Below are positions 1 to 8,663 of a stretch of 64,000 bases of DNA, one piece after another. The stretch's first letter is position 1. Each line of letters starts with the position of its first letter. The position numbers and the translations under genes were made by a program. The stretch covers positions 131,749 through 195,748 of the forward strand of contig JAXMDT010000003.1 of the NCBI GenBank assembly GCA_046348685.1, written 5' to 3'. This stretch comes from Rickettsiales bacterium (GTDB lineage Bacteria; Pseudomonadota; Alphaproteobacteria; Rickettsiales; UBA998). Below the pieces are notes generated by a model. That model was not told where the DNA came from. It did no database searches and saw only the letters and a program-made list of their open reading frames with translations.

Positions 1-555
1 ACGCACTGGACGCCGGAAATGGCAGAAAAAGTTGCTAATACATTGCCTAAAACACTGAGCGACTACCTGCCAGGTGTTCAGCTGCCGAAAACCGGATTTA
101 CTACAATAACTAAGAAATCAGAACCTTTTTTGGGTGATCTGCCGAAGCGCATGGTGCCGACAGGCCTTTTCCAACCATTCGTCGGACCCTTTGGTGAAAT
201 AATTACACCGCATGTGACCACTAAACTCGATGAAGGTGAAGCGGGCTTATTTGAGGAAACGCAAGTTCCGGTAACGTTGCTCGGCACTTCTTACAGCGCT
301 GACCCCAAGTGGAATTTTGAAGGCGCAATCAAAACGGCGCTCCAATCTGATGTACTGAACCTGGCAGAAAAAGGACGCGGTCCCATTTACCCGCTGGAGC
401 AATTTTTCAAGACGACCGATTTCATCAACGCGCCCCCCAAATTGGTAATATGGGAAATTCCAGAGCGTTCGCTGGAAGTGCCATACGATTTCAACGTGGA
501 AGCACCGCATGCCATGAAAGCAATCAATGAGATGCAGACGAAGGAGTATCCGTAA
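1..555 (+). CDS. AlgJ/AlgX-family (SGNH-like) polysaccharide O-acetyltransferase, C-terminal part; 5' end lies off the window
   Basis: The frame is open from base 1, so the listed ATG at 19 is probably internal. 'VTLLGTSYSADPKWNFEG...PPKLVIWEIPER' parallels 'VLVGTSFSAEEKFNFEG...PPFLIWEAPS' of the AlgX-like ORF at 6418-7914. The stop at 553-555 abuts the algI ATG at 556. Confidence 0.6.
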   Translation, partial: THWTPEMAEKVANTLPKTLSDYLPGVQLPKTGFTTITKKSEPFLGDLPKRMVPTGLFQPFVGPFGEIITPHVTTKLDEGEAGLFEETQVPVTLLGTSYSADPKWNFEGAIKTALQSDVLNLAEKGRGPIYPLEQFFKTTDFINAPPKLVIWEIPERSLEVPYDFNVEAPHAMKAINEMQTKEYP

Positions 556-1974
556 ATGGTATTCTCCTCAGCAATCTTCCTTTTTGTCTTCCTGCCGATT
601 TTTCTTAGTATTTACTATCTGACTCCATATCGCTTCCGCTCGCCGGTGATTCTGGCAGGCAGCTATATTTTCTATGCATGGTGGCGAGTAGACTTCCTGT
701 TCCTGTTTGCCATTGTTACTTTCCTCACATATCTGCTTTCTCTTTACATCGAGCGGGCGGAGGATATAAGACGCAAAAAACAGTTATTGACGCTAGGCGT
801 TGTCGCTAACCTGTTGACGCTGGCTTACTTCAAATACTTCAATTTCGGCGTTGCAGCACTGAATGATCTGATCGTCAACATGGGCGGCCAACCGATGTCG
901 GCATGGTCTGTCATTCTGCCAATCGGTGTATCGTTCTATATTTTTCACTGCATCAGCTACCTTGCCGATGTCTATCGCGGCGATGCGGAAGTGGCGGATA
1001 CGTATTGGGACTTTGCGGCTTTTACGGCGCTTTTCCCGCATCTTATTGCCGGGCCGGTCCTGCGCTATAAAGACCTTGCGTGGCAATTCCGGACGCGTAC
1101 GCACAGCTGGGATAAATTCAACGAGGGCGTGCTGCGCTTTGGGGTTGGGTTTGCAAAAAAAGTCCTGATTGCCGATACGGTTGCGCCGCTGGCCGATGCC
1201 ATGTTCGCTCTTCCAGATCCAACTTTCACAGAATCCTGGATTGGTATTCTGTCTTATGCCATTCAACTTTATTTTGATTTTTCAGGCTACAGCGATATGG
1301 CGGTTGGATTAGCCTTAATGATGGGCTTCCGCTTCATCGAGAATTTCGATAATCCTTACATCAGCACCAGCATTACTGAATTCTGGCGCCGCTGGCACAT
1401 CTCGCTGTCCACATGGCTGCGCGATTATCTTTATATTCCTCTCGGCGGCAACAAAAAGGGCAGGATACGAACCTATATCAACCTCATGACGACAATGACG
1501 CTGGGTGGGCTCTGGCATGGCGCTAACTGGACATTTATTCTATGGGGAGCATGGCATGGGCTTATCCTTTCCATCGAGCGGATGCTCGGAGGCAAAAATA
1601 AGAATCCTTATCCGCGGCTCATTGCACTACCGTTGACCTTTGTTTTCGTCCTGGTTGGATGGGTGCTGTTTCGCTCGCATGATCTACAAGCAGCCTTTGC
1701 CATTTATCACGGTATGAGCGGACTCAATGGTTGGGCGCTGACAGATCGCGCGTTGTGGCAGATTAACCCGTTCGAACTTACAACACTCGGAATCGCTTAT
1801 ATTCTGGTGTTTGCATCACCATTCATCATCCGGAAAATCGATGAAAAAGGATTTCCGGCGATTGCAGCGCGCATGCCGCTTGCCGGACAGCTTGCCTGTA
1901 ATGGACTTTTTGCTGTGGCAATCATTAAGATGATCGCGCAGTCATTTTCGCCATTCCTGTATTTTCAATTTTAG
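556..1974 (+). CDS. algI: MBOAT-family membrane O-acetyltransferase, AlgI/DltB type
   Basis: 472 aa and polytopic. It has the typical AlgI N-terminus 'MVFSSAIFLFVFLPIFL' and conserved stretches 'FYIFHCISYLADVYRG', 'ITEFWRRWHISLSTWLRDYLYIPLGGN' and 'LGGLWHGANW'. Confidence 0.85.
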   Translation: MVFSSAIFLFVFLPIFLSIYYLTPYRFRSPVILAGSYIFYAWWRVDFLFLFAIVTFLTYLLSLYIERAEDIRRKKQLLTLGVVANLLTLAYFKYFNFGVAALNDLIVNMGGQPMSAWSVILPIGVSFYIFHCISYLADVYRGDAEVADTYWDFAAFTALFPHLIAGPVLRYKDLAWQFRTRTHSWDKFNEGVLRFGVGFAKKVLIADTVAPLADAMFALPDPTFTESWIGILSYAIQLYFDFSGYSDMAVGLALMMGFRFIENFDNPYISTSITEFWRRWHISLSTWLRDYLYIPLGGNKKGRIRTYINLMTTMTLGGLWHGANWTFILWGAWHGLILSIERMLGGKNKNPYPRLIALPLTFVFVLVGWVLFRSHDLQAAFAIYHGMSGLNGWALTDRALWQINPFELTTLGIAYILVFASPFIIRKIDEKGFPAIAARMPLAGQLACNGLFAVAIIKMIAQSFSPFLYFQF

Positions 1975-1985
1975 AGCAAATGCTT

Positions 1986-3068
1986 TTAATGACCGTAAAG
2001 CAGCTTAACATTGCCGCCGAGAGCTGAGGCGGCAAGGTCGGGATAGTCACTCAAAATCCGCTCAGCTTGAGGTGACGGGAAGCGATTATTATAAATATAT
2101 AGCCAGGCAATTTCATTCTCCTGGATTTTGCCGCCTTCGGTTACCTGCTTGGCGCCGGTTTTTTGTTCAAAGAAACTCGTGTCATCGTAAGTGTTGATCA
2201 ACAGCTTAACGAGGCGGTGCAGGGCGCCGCGCTCTTCCGAATAAAGGTCGATTCCATTGGCTGCAGCTATCTCCGCTGTAGCGACCAATGGCTGTGCGGC
2301 AAAAAAATGATATTTGCGTGCGCGGCCCGCTCGAAGCATCTCTGTGGGCAAGCTGCCGTCCTCGCGAATCTGGCGGATCCCTATACGCGCGCTTTCGACA
2401 CCCCAGTTAAACATGGATTGATCGTTGGTAACAACTGCGACGGATACCGCGCCCAGGCCATTCCAGTAACGTATGTTGTTTTCGCTGGTCCGCCGATCCT
2501 CGCGGGAATCAACGAAATTGATCATGGTTTTTGCAATCGAAGCAAGCCAGTTTAAAATTTTGGTTTTAGATTCTGCATCAAAAGCCGGATCATTACCGAA
2601 CTGCATGACTGAGAAAGACAGGGCAGCCAGCGTCTGGCCGATATGCAGTTGTGCCGTCCCCTGATTTAAATTAGAAAGAGCGTCCGCGTCAGCCCATTCT
2701 AAAAGCCAATCCTTCGCGCATTCAGCTACAGCGGATCGGTCATATTTGCCTTCGGTATACGTATTGGCCATCTTGACGATAGCCTGATTATATTCACGGA
2801 GCGGCGTTACTTTTTCGAGGTATTCTTTCCGCGATTCCTCATCGATAGTAGATCGGGTCGGGTCATCCTGACGATAGGAACTCGGCGCATCAATAGAGAT
2901 AATCGGGTCAGGAACCGATTCGCAGTCATATTCCTTCGGCTTCTTTTTAGCGACAACGGGAATGCCTGAAATTGTAAAAGGTGCGTTGAATGCCGCTGCA
3001 GTATACGCCGTTCCAGATAGGAAAAGCACCGCGATAGGGAAAATTAGCCGTAATGATACAGAATTCAT
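1986..3068 (-). CDS. algL: AlgL-like periplasmic polysaccharide lyase (PL5 alginate-lyase fold)
   Basis: 360 aa with an N-terminal signal peptide. By eye the C-terminal two thirds align with Pseudomonas AlgL: 'NNIRYWNGLGAVSVAVVTND' vs 'NNHSYWAAWSVMATAVATN', 'RAGRARKYHFFAAQPL' vs 'RRQRALAYHNYALPPL', and 'AAANGIDLY...GALHRL'. Confidence 0.8.
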   Translation of the reverse strand: MNSVSLRLIFPIAVLFLSGTAYTAAAFNAPFTISGIPVVAKKKPKEYDCESVPDPIISIDAPSSYRQDDPTRSTIDEESRKEYLEKVTPLREYNQAIVKMANTYTEGKYDRSAVAECAKDWLLEWADADALSNLNQGTAQLHIGQTLAALSFSVMQFGNDPAFDAESKTKILNWLASIAKTMINFVDSREDRRTSENNIRYWNGLGAVSVAVVTNDQSMFNWGVESARIGIRQIREDGSLPTEMLRAGRARKYHFFAAQPLVATAEIAAANGIDLYSEERGALHRLVKLLINTYDDTSFFEQKTGAKQVTEGGKIQENEIAWLYIYNNRFPSPQAERILSDYPDLAASALGGNVKLLYGH

Positions 3069-3118
3069 GGCTGAAACATATGGTTAAGTTTACGCCTGAT
3101 TGCAACCTATAGACGTTA

Positions 3119-5650
3119 CTAGTCTTTCTTTTTCTCGATCACGGCTAACTGCTGCTTTGCATCTTCATTGCCAAGCCCTGCTGCCTTTTCTAACCAATAG
3201 ACGGCACGTTCCTGCGATTCCTGAACGCCGAATCCCGCCGCATACGCATTGGCCATTTCCAGCATTGCTGAAACATCACCAGCTTCCGCAGCTTTGTTCA
3301 TCCATAAGATAAAGGTCTTAGGATCGTTCTCCACAGCGCCGCCGCGAGCATACAGCCGGCCTAGTTTGCGCATTGCGGAAGGAGAGCCTTGCTCTGCGGC
3401 GATGGTTAAATATTTGATCGCTTCTTTCTGATCGCGTTCAACACCAATACCGCTCAAATAAAGCTCGCCCAGTTCGCTTGCCGCACTAAGATCACCCAGA
3501 TTGGCAGCACGCTTGAGCCAGAAAGCACCTTGCTGCGCGTTAAGTGGGCGACCCTTGCCTGCAACATAAAGCAGCCCCAGTTCACGCATTGCTTCGGCGT
3601 TGCCAAGCTCTGAGGCTTGTTCAAGATAATCCGCGGCGGAACGCAGCTCGGCATCCGACATCGGTTTCTGGGACATATAAGTTTCAGCAAGTTTTTCAAT
3701 CGATTTCGCATGGTTTTCTTTTGCGGCGATCTTGTAAAAAGTACGTGCCTTATTCAGGTCGACAGATACTCCCGGAGCCCCATGATGATACAGCTGGCCT
3801 AGTGCATAAGCTGCCTTGGCGAAATTATGGTTATTGACTGCTTTTTCCAGGAGCGGAATTGCATCTTTGGCGGTCTTGCCGGGTACGCGGCCTTCAATAA
3901 AAGCGTTAGCGAGCGCCAGCAAAGCGTCAGGACGTTTTTCACCTGGCAACAATGCGCGTTCGCGCCAGGAGCGGGCGAGATCGGTGCTTTTTTCCAGGAG
4001 ACTTCCTTCCTGATATAGCATGCTCAATTCCACCATTGAACGTTTGTCGCCGGATTCTGCAGCTTTGCGGATGAGGCTGACAGCTTCCTGCTTATCTTCA
4101 TTCGTCGGTAATGACAGAAGAAGCTTCGATAACTCGAGTTGTGCACTGGTGTTCCCGACGGAAACGCCACGCTCCAGCCAACGTCGTTGCTTGGTTGAAT
4201 CCGGATTAACACCAATGCCTTTTTCGTAGTTTTCAGCCATCAGCATGATAGCGTCATCATTACCAAGATTGGCAGCCAGGCGGTAAAAGCGCAGCGAACG
4301 TTTGATGTCCTGATCGACGCCGCGGCCATAGCGGTATGCTTCGCCAAGCATGAAAATACCATCGGTATTACCCGCTTTGGCAGCACGTTCGTACCAGCTG
4401 AATGCCGTGCTGTGGTTTTTGGGTGTGCCTTTGCCATATGCATAGGCATCGCCAAGCTTGACCCAAATTGCCGGGTCAACATCCGGATGCTGGGAAGCAA
4501 TGCTCAGCCATTTAAAAGCCTTATCAGGATCCTGCTTGCCGCTCATGGGATCGGAATAAAGCGTAGCCAATTTTTCGATTGAGCGTAGTTGATGCAAATT
4601 AGCGGCTTTTTCATACCATTGGATTGCCTTTGGCAGATTTAAAGCGACACCGTCGCCTTTTTCATAGATGCCGCCGAGAACGTACATGGCGCGGACGCTT
4701 CCCATGGAGGCTGCCCGTTCCCACAGCGCAACGGCTTTGTTGATATCGCGCGCGGTACCCAGTCCAGCCTTATACATATCAGCGACCTGGAGCATGGAGG
4801 AAACATCTTTATTGGCTTTGATGCTGGCCTCCAGCCAGAGGAGGGCGGCTTCATCATTTTTCGGTACAGCGCGGCTGCGGCTATACAGCCAGCCAAAGCT
4901 TTGCAGCGTGGTGCAATCGCCCTTGCCAAGATTGGCAAACAACATATTCTGGCCGAGCTTGATAAGCTGTTCCGGCTTTTCGCTATCGAGCGCCGGAATT
5001 TTTCCGCCGCGATGCAGCTTAGCTAAATTGAATGCTGAGAACGGGTCACCCTCTTTCAAAGCTGAGCGGTAGTATTCTGCAGCTTTCGTATAATTTTCCT
5101 GGCGTTCTTCTAAAGCGCCTAAAACCTTTTCAGCATCGAGAGGGCGAGCTTTTAAAGCATCGTTCGCCCAAGCACGTATCTGTTCAGCAGATGCGGTCTG
5201 GCCATCCTCTCCAACGCCAAGGCGCGCAAGTGCGATTTTAGCGTCAAGCGTGCGCTTGTTATTAGTGGAAGCTACATAATTGTAGAGTTTGTGCGCAGTT
5301 ATCTTGTTAGCGGCTATCTTGTCGTTGCCAGACATATAGAATTGCGCATACTCATACATGTTTTCAGGCGATTCAGCGCCGGATTTTCCATCCCATGCAG
5401 TCCAATCTTTCTGCGGTACTTTCAGAGCGACTGGTGCAACGCAGTTTTTGGTGAAATCACCTTCCGGCGGATACAGGGCATCAATATCTGTTACGGCAGT
5501 ATCAGAGACATCCTGAGTTGCATCAACGTTTTCTGTATCTGCAGAATCATCTGTTTCCGCAAAAACAAGGGGCGCTGCCGAAACTAACAGCAGTGCAACC
5601 AAACCGACGTAGCGAGCCTTAACGAGGCAATCCCAAACTGCTTCCCGCAT
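3119..5650 (-). CDS. Secreted Sel1-repeat (SLR/TPR-like) protein in the position of an AlgK-type scaffold
   Basis: 843 aa with a signal-like N-terminus. About 16-17 recognisable Sel1 units by eye, with recurring 'A..W..KAA..G...A...LG..Y..G.GV..D' (for example 'AVYWLEKAAGLGNEDA', 'GAFWLKRAANLGDLSA'). Confidence 0.8.
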   Translation of the reverse strand: MREAVWDCLVKARYVGLVALLLVSAAPLVFAETDDSADTENVDATQDVSDTAVTDIDALYPPEGDFTKNCVAPVALKVPQKDWTAWDGKSGAESPENMYEYAQFYMSGNDKIAANKITAHKLYNYVASTNNKRTLDAKIALARLGVGEDGQTASAEQIRAWANDALKARPLDAEKVLGALEERQENYTKAAEYYRSALKEGDPFSAFNLAKLHRGGKIPALDSEKPEQLIKLGQNMLFANLGKGDCTTLQSFGWLYSRSRAVPKNDEAALLWLEASIKANKDVSSMLQVADMYKAGLGTARDINKAVALWERAASMGSVRAMYVLGGIYEKGDGVALNLPKAIQWYEKAANLHQLRSIEKLATLYSDPMSGKQDPDKAFKWLSIASQHPDVDPAIWVKLGDAYAYGKGTPKNHSTAFSWYERAAKAGNTDGIFMLGEAYRYGRGVDQDIKRSLRFYRLAANLGNDDAIMLMAENYEKGIGVNPDSTKQRRWLERGVSVGNTSAQLELSKLLLSLPTNEDKQEAVSLIRKAAESGDKRSMVELSMLYQEGSLLEKSTDLARSWRERALLPGEKRPDALLALANAFIEGRVPGKTAKDAIPLLEKAVNNHNFAKAAYALGQLYHHGAPGVSVDLNKARTFYKIAAKENHAKSIEKLAETYMSQKPMSDAELRSAADYLEQASELGNAEAMRELGLLYVAGKGRPLNAQQGAFWLKRAANLGDLSAASELGELYLSGIGVERDQKEAIKYLTIAAEQGSPSAMRKLGRLYARGGAVENDPKTFILWMNKAAEAGDVSAMLEMANAYAAGFGVQESQERAVYWLEKAAGLGNEDAKQQLAVIEKKKD

Positions 5651-5708
5651 TTTTCTTATTCTCCATGGTAACCGGGCTTCTACGTCCCATTGTTCAACCT
5701 TGTTATTA

Positions 5709-6416
5709 TTATTTTGCCGCGATATCGCTCACGGTCATTGTCGCCTGCCGGTTCGAGCCGGAACCCGTCAGCAGGAAGTTGACACCCGTGCGGCGCTTTA
5801 GCTCAACGCCAGGAAATGCTTTTACTTCCTTGCCTTCAGCATCATTAACTGCCACATCGATAGTCAATGCATTGACCTCGCGCGATGCACTTTCACCTGC
5901 TTTCACGCCAGAAACAATATCCGCTTTCTGCTTCACCGCATTAAGTGAAGCCGTGGCGGAATCCGAAAAATTATAAAAGTAGATCATTGCTTTAGCTGGG
6001 TTTTTTATCACTGCATCTTCCAGCGTTACCAATTCTTTTTTTCCATCTTTTTCAGTAATGGCAACAGAATAATACTTACCAGCTTCAATAGAAACCTTTT
6101 TGCTTACATCACCTGCCTTTGCCTCCTGCTCGCCTTGTGGAATAACGCGGTAAGGGGAAATCCCAGGCGCAGCTACGGAAGTATAAGATGCACTACCTAT
6201 AGTTGCATCAACGGCAGTTGCTGTCGTATTAATAATCCGCACGAAAGCGGAATCTGCAGGAGGTGTTGGATCATAAAGAGCGGTATCGTCCGCCGCGCTC
6301 ACTTCCTTAGCGAAAGAAAAAACTGAAAATACAACCGCTAAAGCCAAAAAGTAACGCACGGAAACCCTCCTGTCATGACAATAAATGTTAAGCAATTTAT
6401 TAATGCGGGAATGCAT
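5709..6416 (-). CDS. algF: AlgF-like periplasmic polysaccharide O-acetylation protein
   Basis: 'AADDTALYDPTPPADSAFVRIINT' resembles the AlgF N-terminus 'GDAALYGP.AP.GS.FVRLYN', and two beta-rich halves follow. Start moved to ATG 6414-6416 (MHSRINK...), which gives a signal peptide and sits 1 nt after the algX-like stop. The listed start at 6464 would overlap by 47 nt. Confidence 0.7.
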   Translation of the reverse strand: MHSRINKLLNIYCHDRRVSVRYFLALAVVFSVFSFAKEVSAADDTALYDPTPPADSAFVRIINTTATAVDATIGSASYTSVAAPGISPYRVIPQGEQEAKAGDVSKKVSIEAGKYYSVAITEKDGKKELVTLEDAVIKNPAKAMIYFYNFSDSATASLNAVKQKADIVSGVKAGESASREVNALTIDVAVNDAEGKEVKAFPGVELKRRTGVNFLLTGSGSNRQATMTVSDIAAK

Positions 6417-6417
6417 A

Positions 6418-7914
6418 TCAGCCTTTCTTGTCTTTTTCAATGTTGTTCTTGCTATTTGGGGCAAGACATAATCTCACATTGATGTCTGCCTTTACAGGCA
6501 AAGGGTTAATTAATGACACGCTTGTTAAGGCATCATTATCAATTTCATCGCTGAGTTCTACGAAAAAGCGGCCAGTATTTTTGAAATGTGATGAACGATC
6601 AATAGGAAACCATTCGCCATCACCGTCACCATAATCCAACTGAAGAGTAAATTTTGCTAATCCTAAATTGGAAACAGAAAGGAAAAGATAATAATCTTTT
6701 CCTGTAATATTTTTTTCGGGATCGAAAGATAGTAACGGAGTCGTCGTATTTGGGCCGACAGAAACAGTCTGGCTTCCAAGAACATCCTTGCCTTTACATG
6801 CACCGTAAATCCCTGGGATAATTTGCCGAAACGCATTGGCGCTATTGGCATTGATATCATAATTGGAAGGAGCCTCCCAAATTAAGAAGGGCGGCTTTGC
6901 GGATTCAAATTCTTCCGAAGATGTATAGGAAATAATTGAATTATAAAGCAGTCCACCATTGATAGCGTAATTTGCCAGTTCAAGGCCGGTTGCCTGAGCC
7001 AGAAATCCTTCAAAGTTGAATTTTTCTTCGGCGCTAAAGCTCGTACCCACTAAAACAGAGGGAGGCGAGCTATCCGCACCGCCGCCAAACAAATCTTCGG
7101 CTTTTTCTGAGCTTTTTTGACGGGTGATGTAAATGGGGAATTCTTCACCGGGAATATCTTTTTCACAGATGCGCTGAATTTCTTGAGCCATAAAATATTT
7201 CAGAAACTGTTTTTCTTTGAATGTCGTCTCGTATTTTTTTTTGGGCAAGGCATTATATTTTTCTGACTTTGATAGCTCGTCACGCACAAGGTTTGAGGAA
7301 AGCCTGGCTCCATAGGGCATCCAGTGGTGGTCACGTTTAAAGAAAAATGTCTCGCCGTCTGTGCCGACTTTATCTGCCATAGAACCCAGATCAGGTGTAA
7401 TGATGCCCATATTACGGAAAGATTGCAGGTAGTCGTGAAAGTTATGTTTTGCCCGTTCGATGGAATAATTTTTCATCACGGGTTCAGTATCATCAAAAAA
7501 TGCTTCGCCTATCCACGACCGCGGAGGGATAGTAACGAAAACCGGTGTAATGTTTCGTTGCTGAAGTGCTGCTGCGTAGCGCTTTAGATAAAAGCGCGCC
7601 TCGGAAAACAAATTAAAATTTTCAGAAAAATCCATCTCCTCGCGGAAGAACCACCCATTCGACCCTTGAAGGAATGTGCCATAATCTGTTTTTTCATGAT
7701 CCGCCAGGCGCGGACACGAAAATTCCTTTTCGCCAGCCAGATGCAACTGACGTTTTACCGGCTTGGCAATTTTTTTGCTGTCTTTTTTATTGTGATTAGA
7801 ATTTTTGCCAAAGGATTTTGCCGCCTCTTTAGGCGTTGAACCTGTTTGTGCAAACGCCATACACGGCGTACAAAGGGCTGCAAGCAGCAGAAAGCTTAGA
7901 AAATTTATGCGCAT
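6418..7914 (-). CDS. AlgX-like SGNH-type polysaccharide O-acetyltransferase with C-terminal beta-rich (carbohydrate-binding-like) domain
   Basis: 498 aa with signal peptide 'FLLLAALCTPCMAFA'. It has the catalytic-type motifs 'KRDHHW' (D-x-H-W) and 'VGTSFS' (G-x-S-x-S) as in AlgX/AlgJ. Size is close to AlgX. Confidence 0.75.
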   Translation of the reverse strand: MRINFLSFLLLAALCTPCMAFAQTGSTPKEAAKSFGKNSNHNKKDSKKIAKPVKRQLHLAGEKEFSCPRLADHEKTDYGTFLQGSNGWFFREEMDFSENFNLFSEARFYLKRYAAALQQRNITPVFVTIPPRSWIGEAFFDDTEPVMKNYSIERAKHNFHDYLQSFRNMGIITPDLGSMADKVGTDGETFFFKRDHHWMPYGARLSSNLVRDELSKSEKYNALPKKKYETTFKEKQFLKYFMAQEIQRICEKDIPGEEFPIYITRQKSSEKAEDLFGGGADSSPPSVLVGTSFSAEEKFNFEGFLAQATGLELANYAINGGLLYNSIISYTSSEEFESAKPPFLIWEAPSNYDINANSANAFRQIIPGIYGACKGKDVLGSQTVSVGPNTTTPLLSFDPEKNITGKDYYLFLSVSNLGLAKFTLQLDYGDGDGEWFPIDRSSHFKNTGRFFVELSDEIDNDALTSVSLINPLPVKADINVRLCLAPNSKNNIEKDKKG

Positions 7915-7962
7915 TCATCCGCTTTTTACAGCAAAACTGCGCTTCTCGCAAAGGTACAAGTC

Positions 7963-8649
7963 TTAACGCGTGGTAACGGAAGGTGTGACAAATCCGTATT
8001 TTAAGAGAAGTATCACCAGCTTGTAGAGAACTACCGCATTGATGAGATGCCACAAGAAATGCGTGCCTATGTGTAGCATGGGACACACTTCCAGGTCGAT
8101 GGTGCGAAAGACAAGCGATGCGGTCCATATAAAGACCACGTTGCGCAATGCGTTAAAGGCAGGGTGCGATAATGTGCGCAGCGCACCGAGGAGAAGAATC
8201 AGCACCGCGTAGGCGGGAATATACATAATTGTCCCGTGGAGCAGGTCATTCGGCAAAGCAATCTCAAAAAGATAACTAATGCCGACAAAAGCAATCCAGC
8301 AACCGATAGACGGCCAAATGCCGAAACGGATAATCCGTACCAAAAAAATAACGAGATAAAAATGAATGAATAAGGCAATCGGTATAACATCGCCCAGCAT
8401 GGCTTTTTGCGTTGCGATGGTATGCCATGCCGTGCTTCCGATACCGATGGCGACAAGTAATACAGTCAAAATTAAAATATCGATGCTCTGGCGTAGCGGA
8501 ATCTGTTGCTTGCGATATGCGGTAAATGCAAGAAAGGCGGCAATGATAAATGCAAGATTGGTGATTGCATTTAACGGTTCTGCCCAGAATCCGGCGTCGC
8601 CGGCACGTTCGCAGTAACCATCCAGGTAAGTTAATTGTGTGTCGGTCAT
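7963..8649 (-). CDS. Ceramidase-family (CREST-type 7TM hydrolase-like) membrane protein, paralog 1
   Basis: 228 aa and polytopic. The N-terminus 'YCERAGDAGFWAEPLNAITNLAFI' resembles the alkaline-ceramidase entry motif, and internal 'WH' and C-terminal 'GTHFLWH' (H-x3-H) are present. Same strand as the algX-like gene, 48 nt upstream of it. Confidence 0.5.
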   Translation of the reverse strand: MTDTQLTYLDGYCERAGDAGFWAEPLNAITNLAFIIAAFLAFTAYRKQQIPLRQSIDILILTVLLVAIGIGSTAWHTIATQKAMLGDVIPIALFIHFYLVIFLVRIIRFGIWPSIGCWIAFVGISYLFEIALPNDLLHGTIMYIPAYAVLILLLGALRTLSHPAFNALRNVVFIWTASLVFRTIDLEVCPMLHIGTHFLWHLINAVVLYKLVILLLKYGFVTPSVTTR

Positions 8650-8663
8650 AGCCTGAAGATAGA

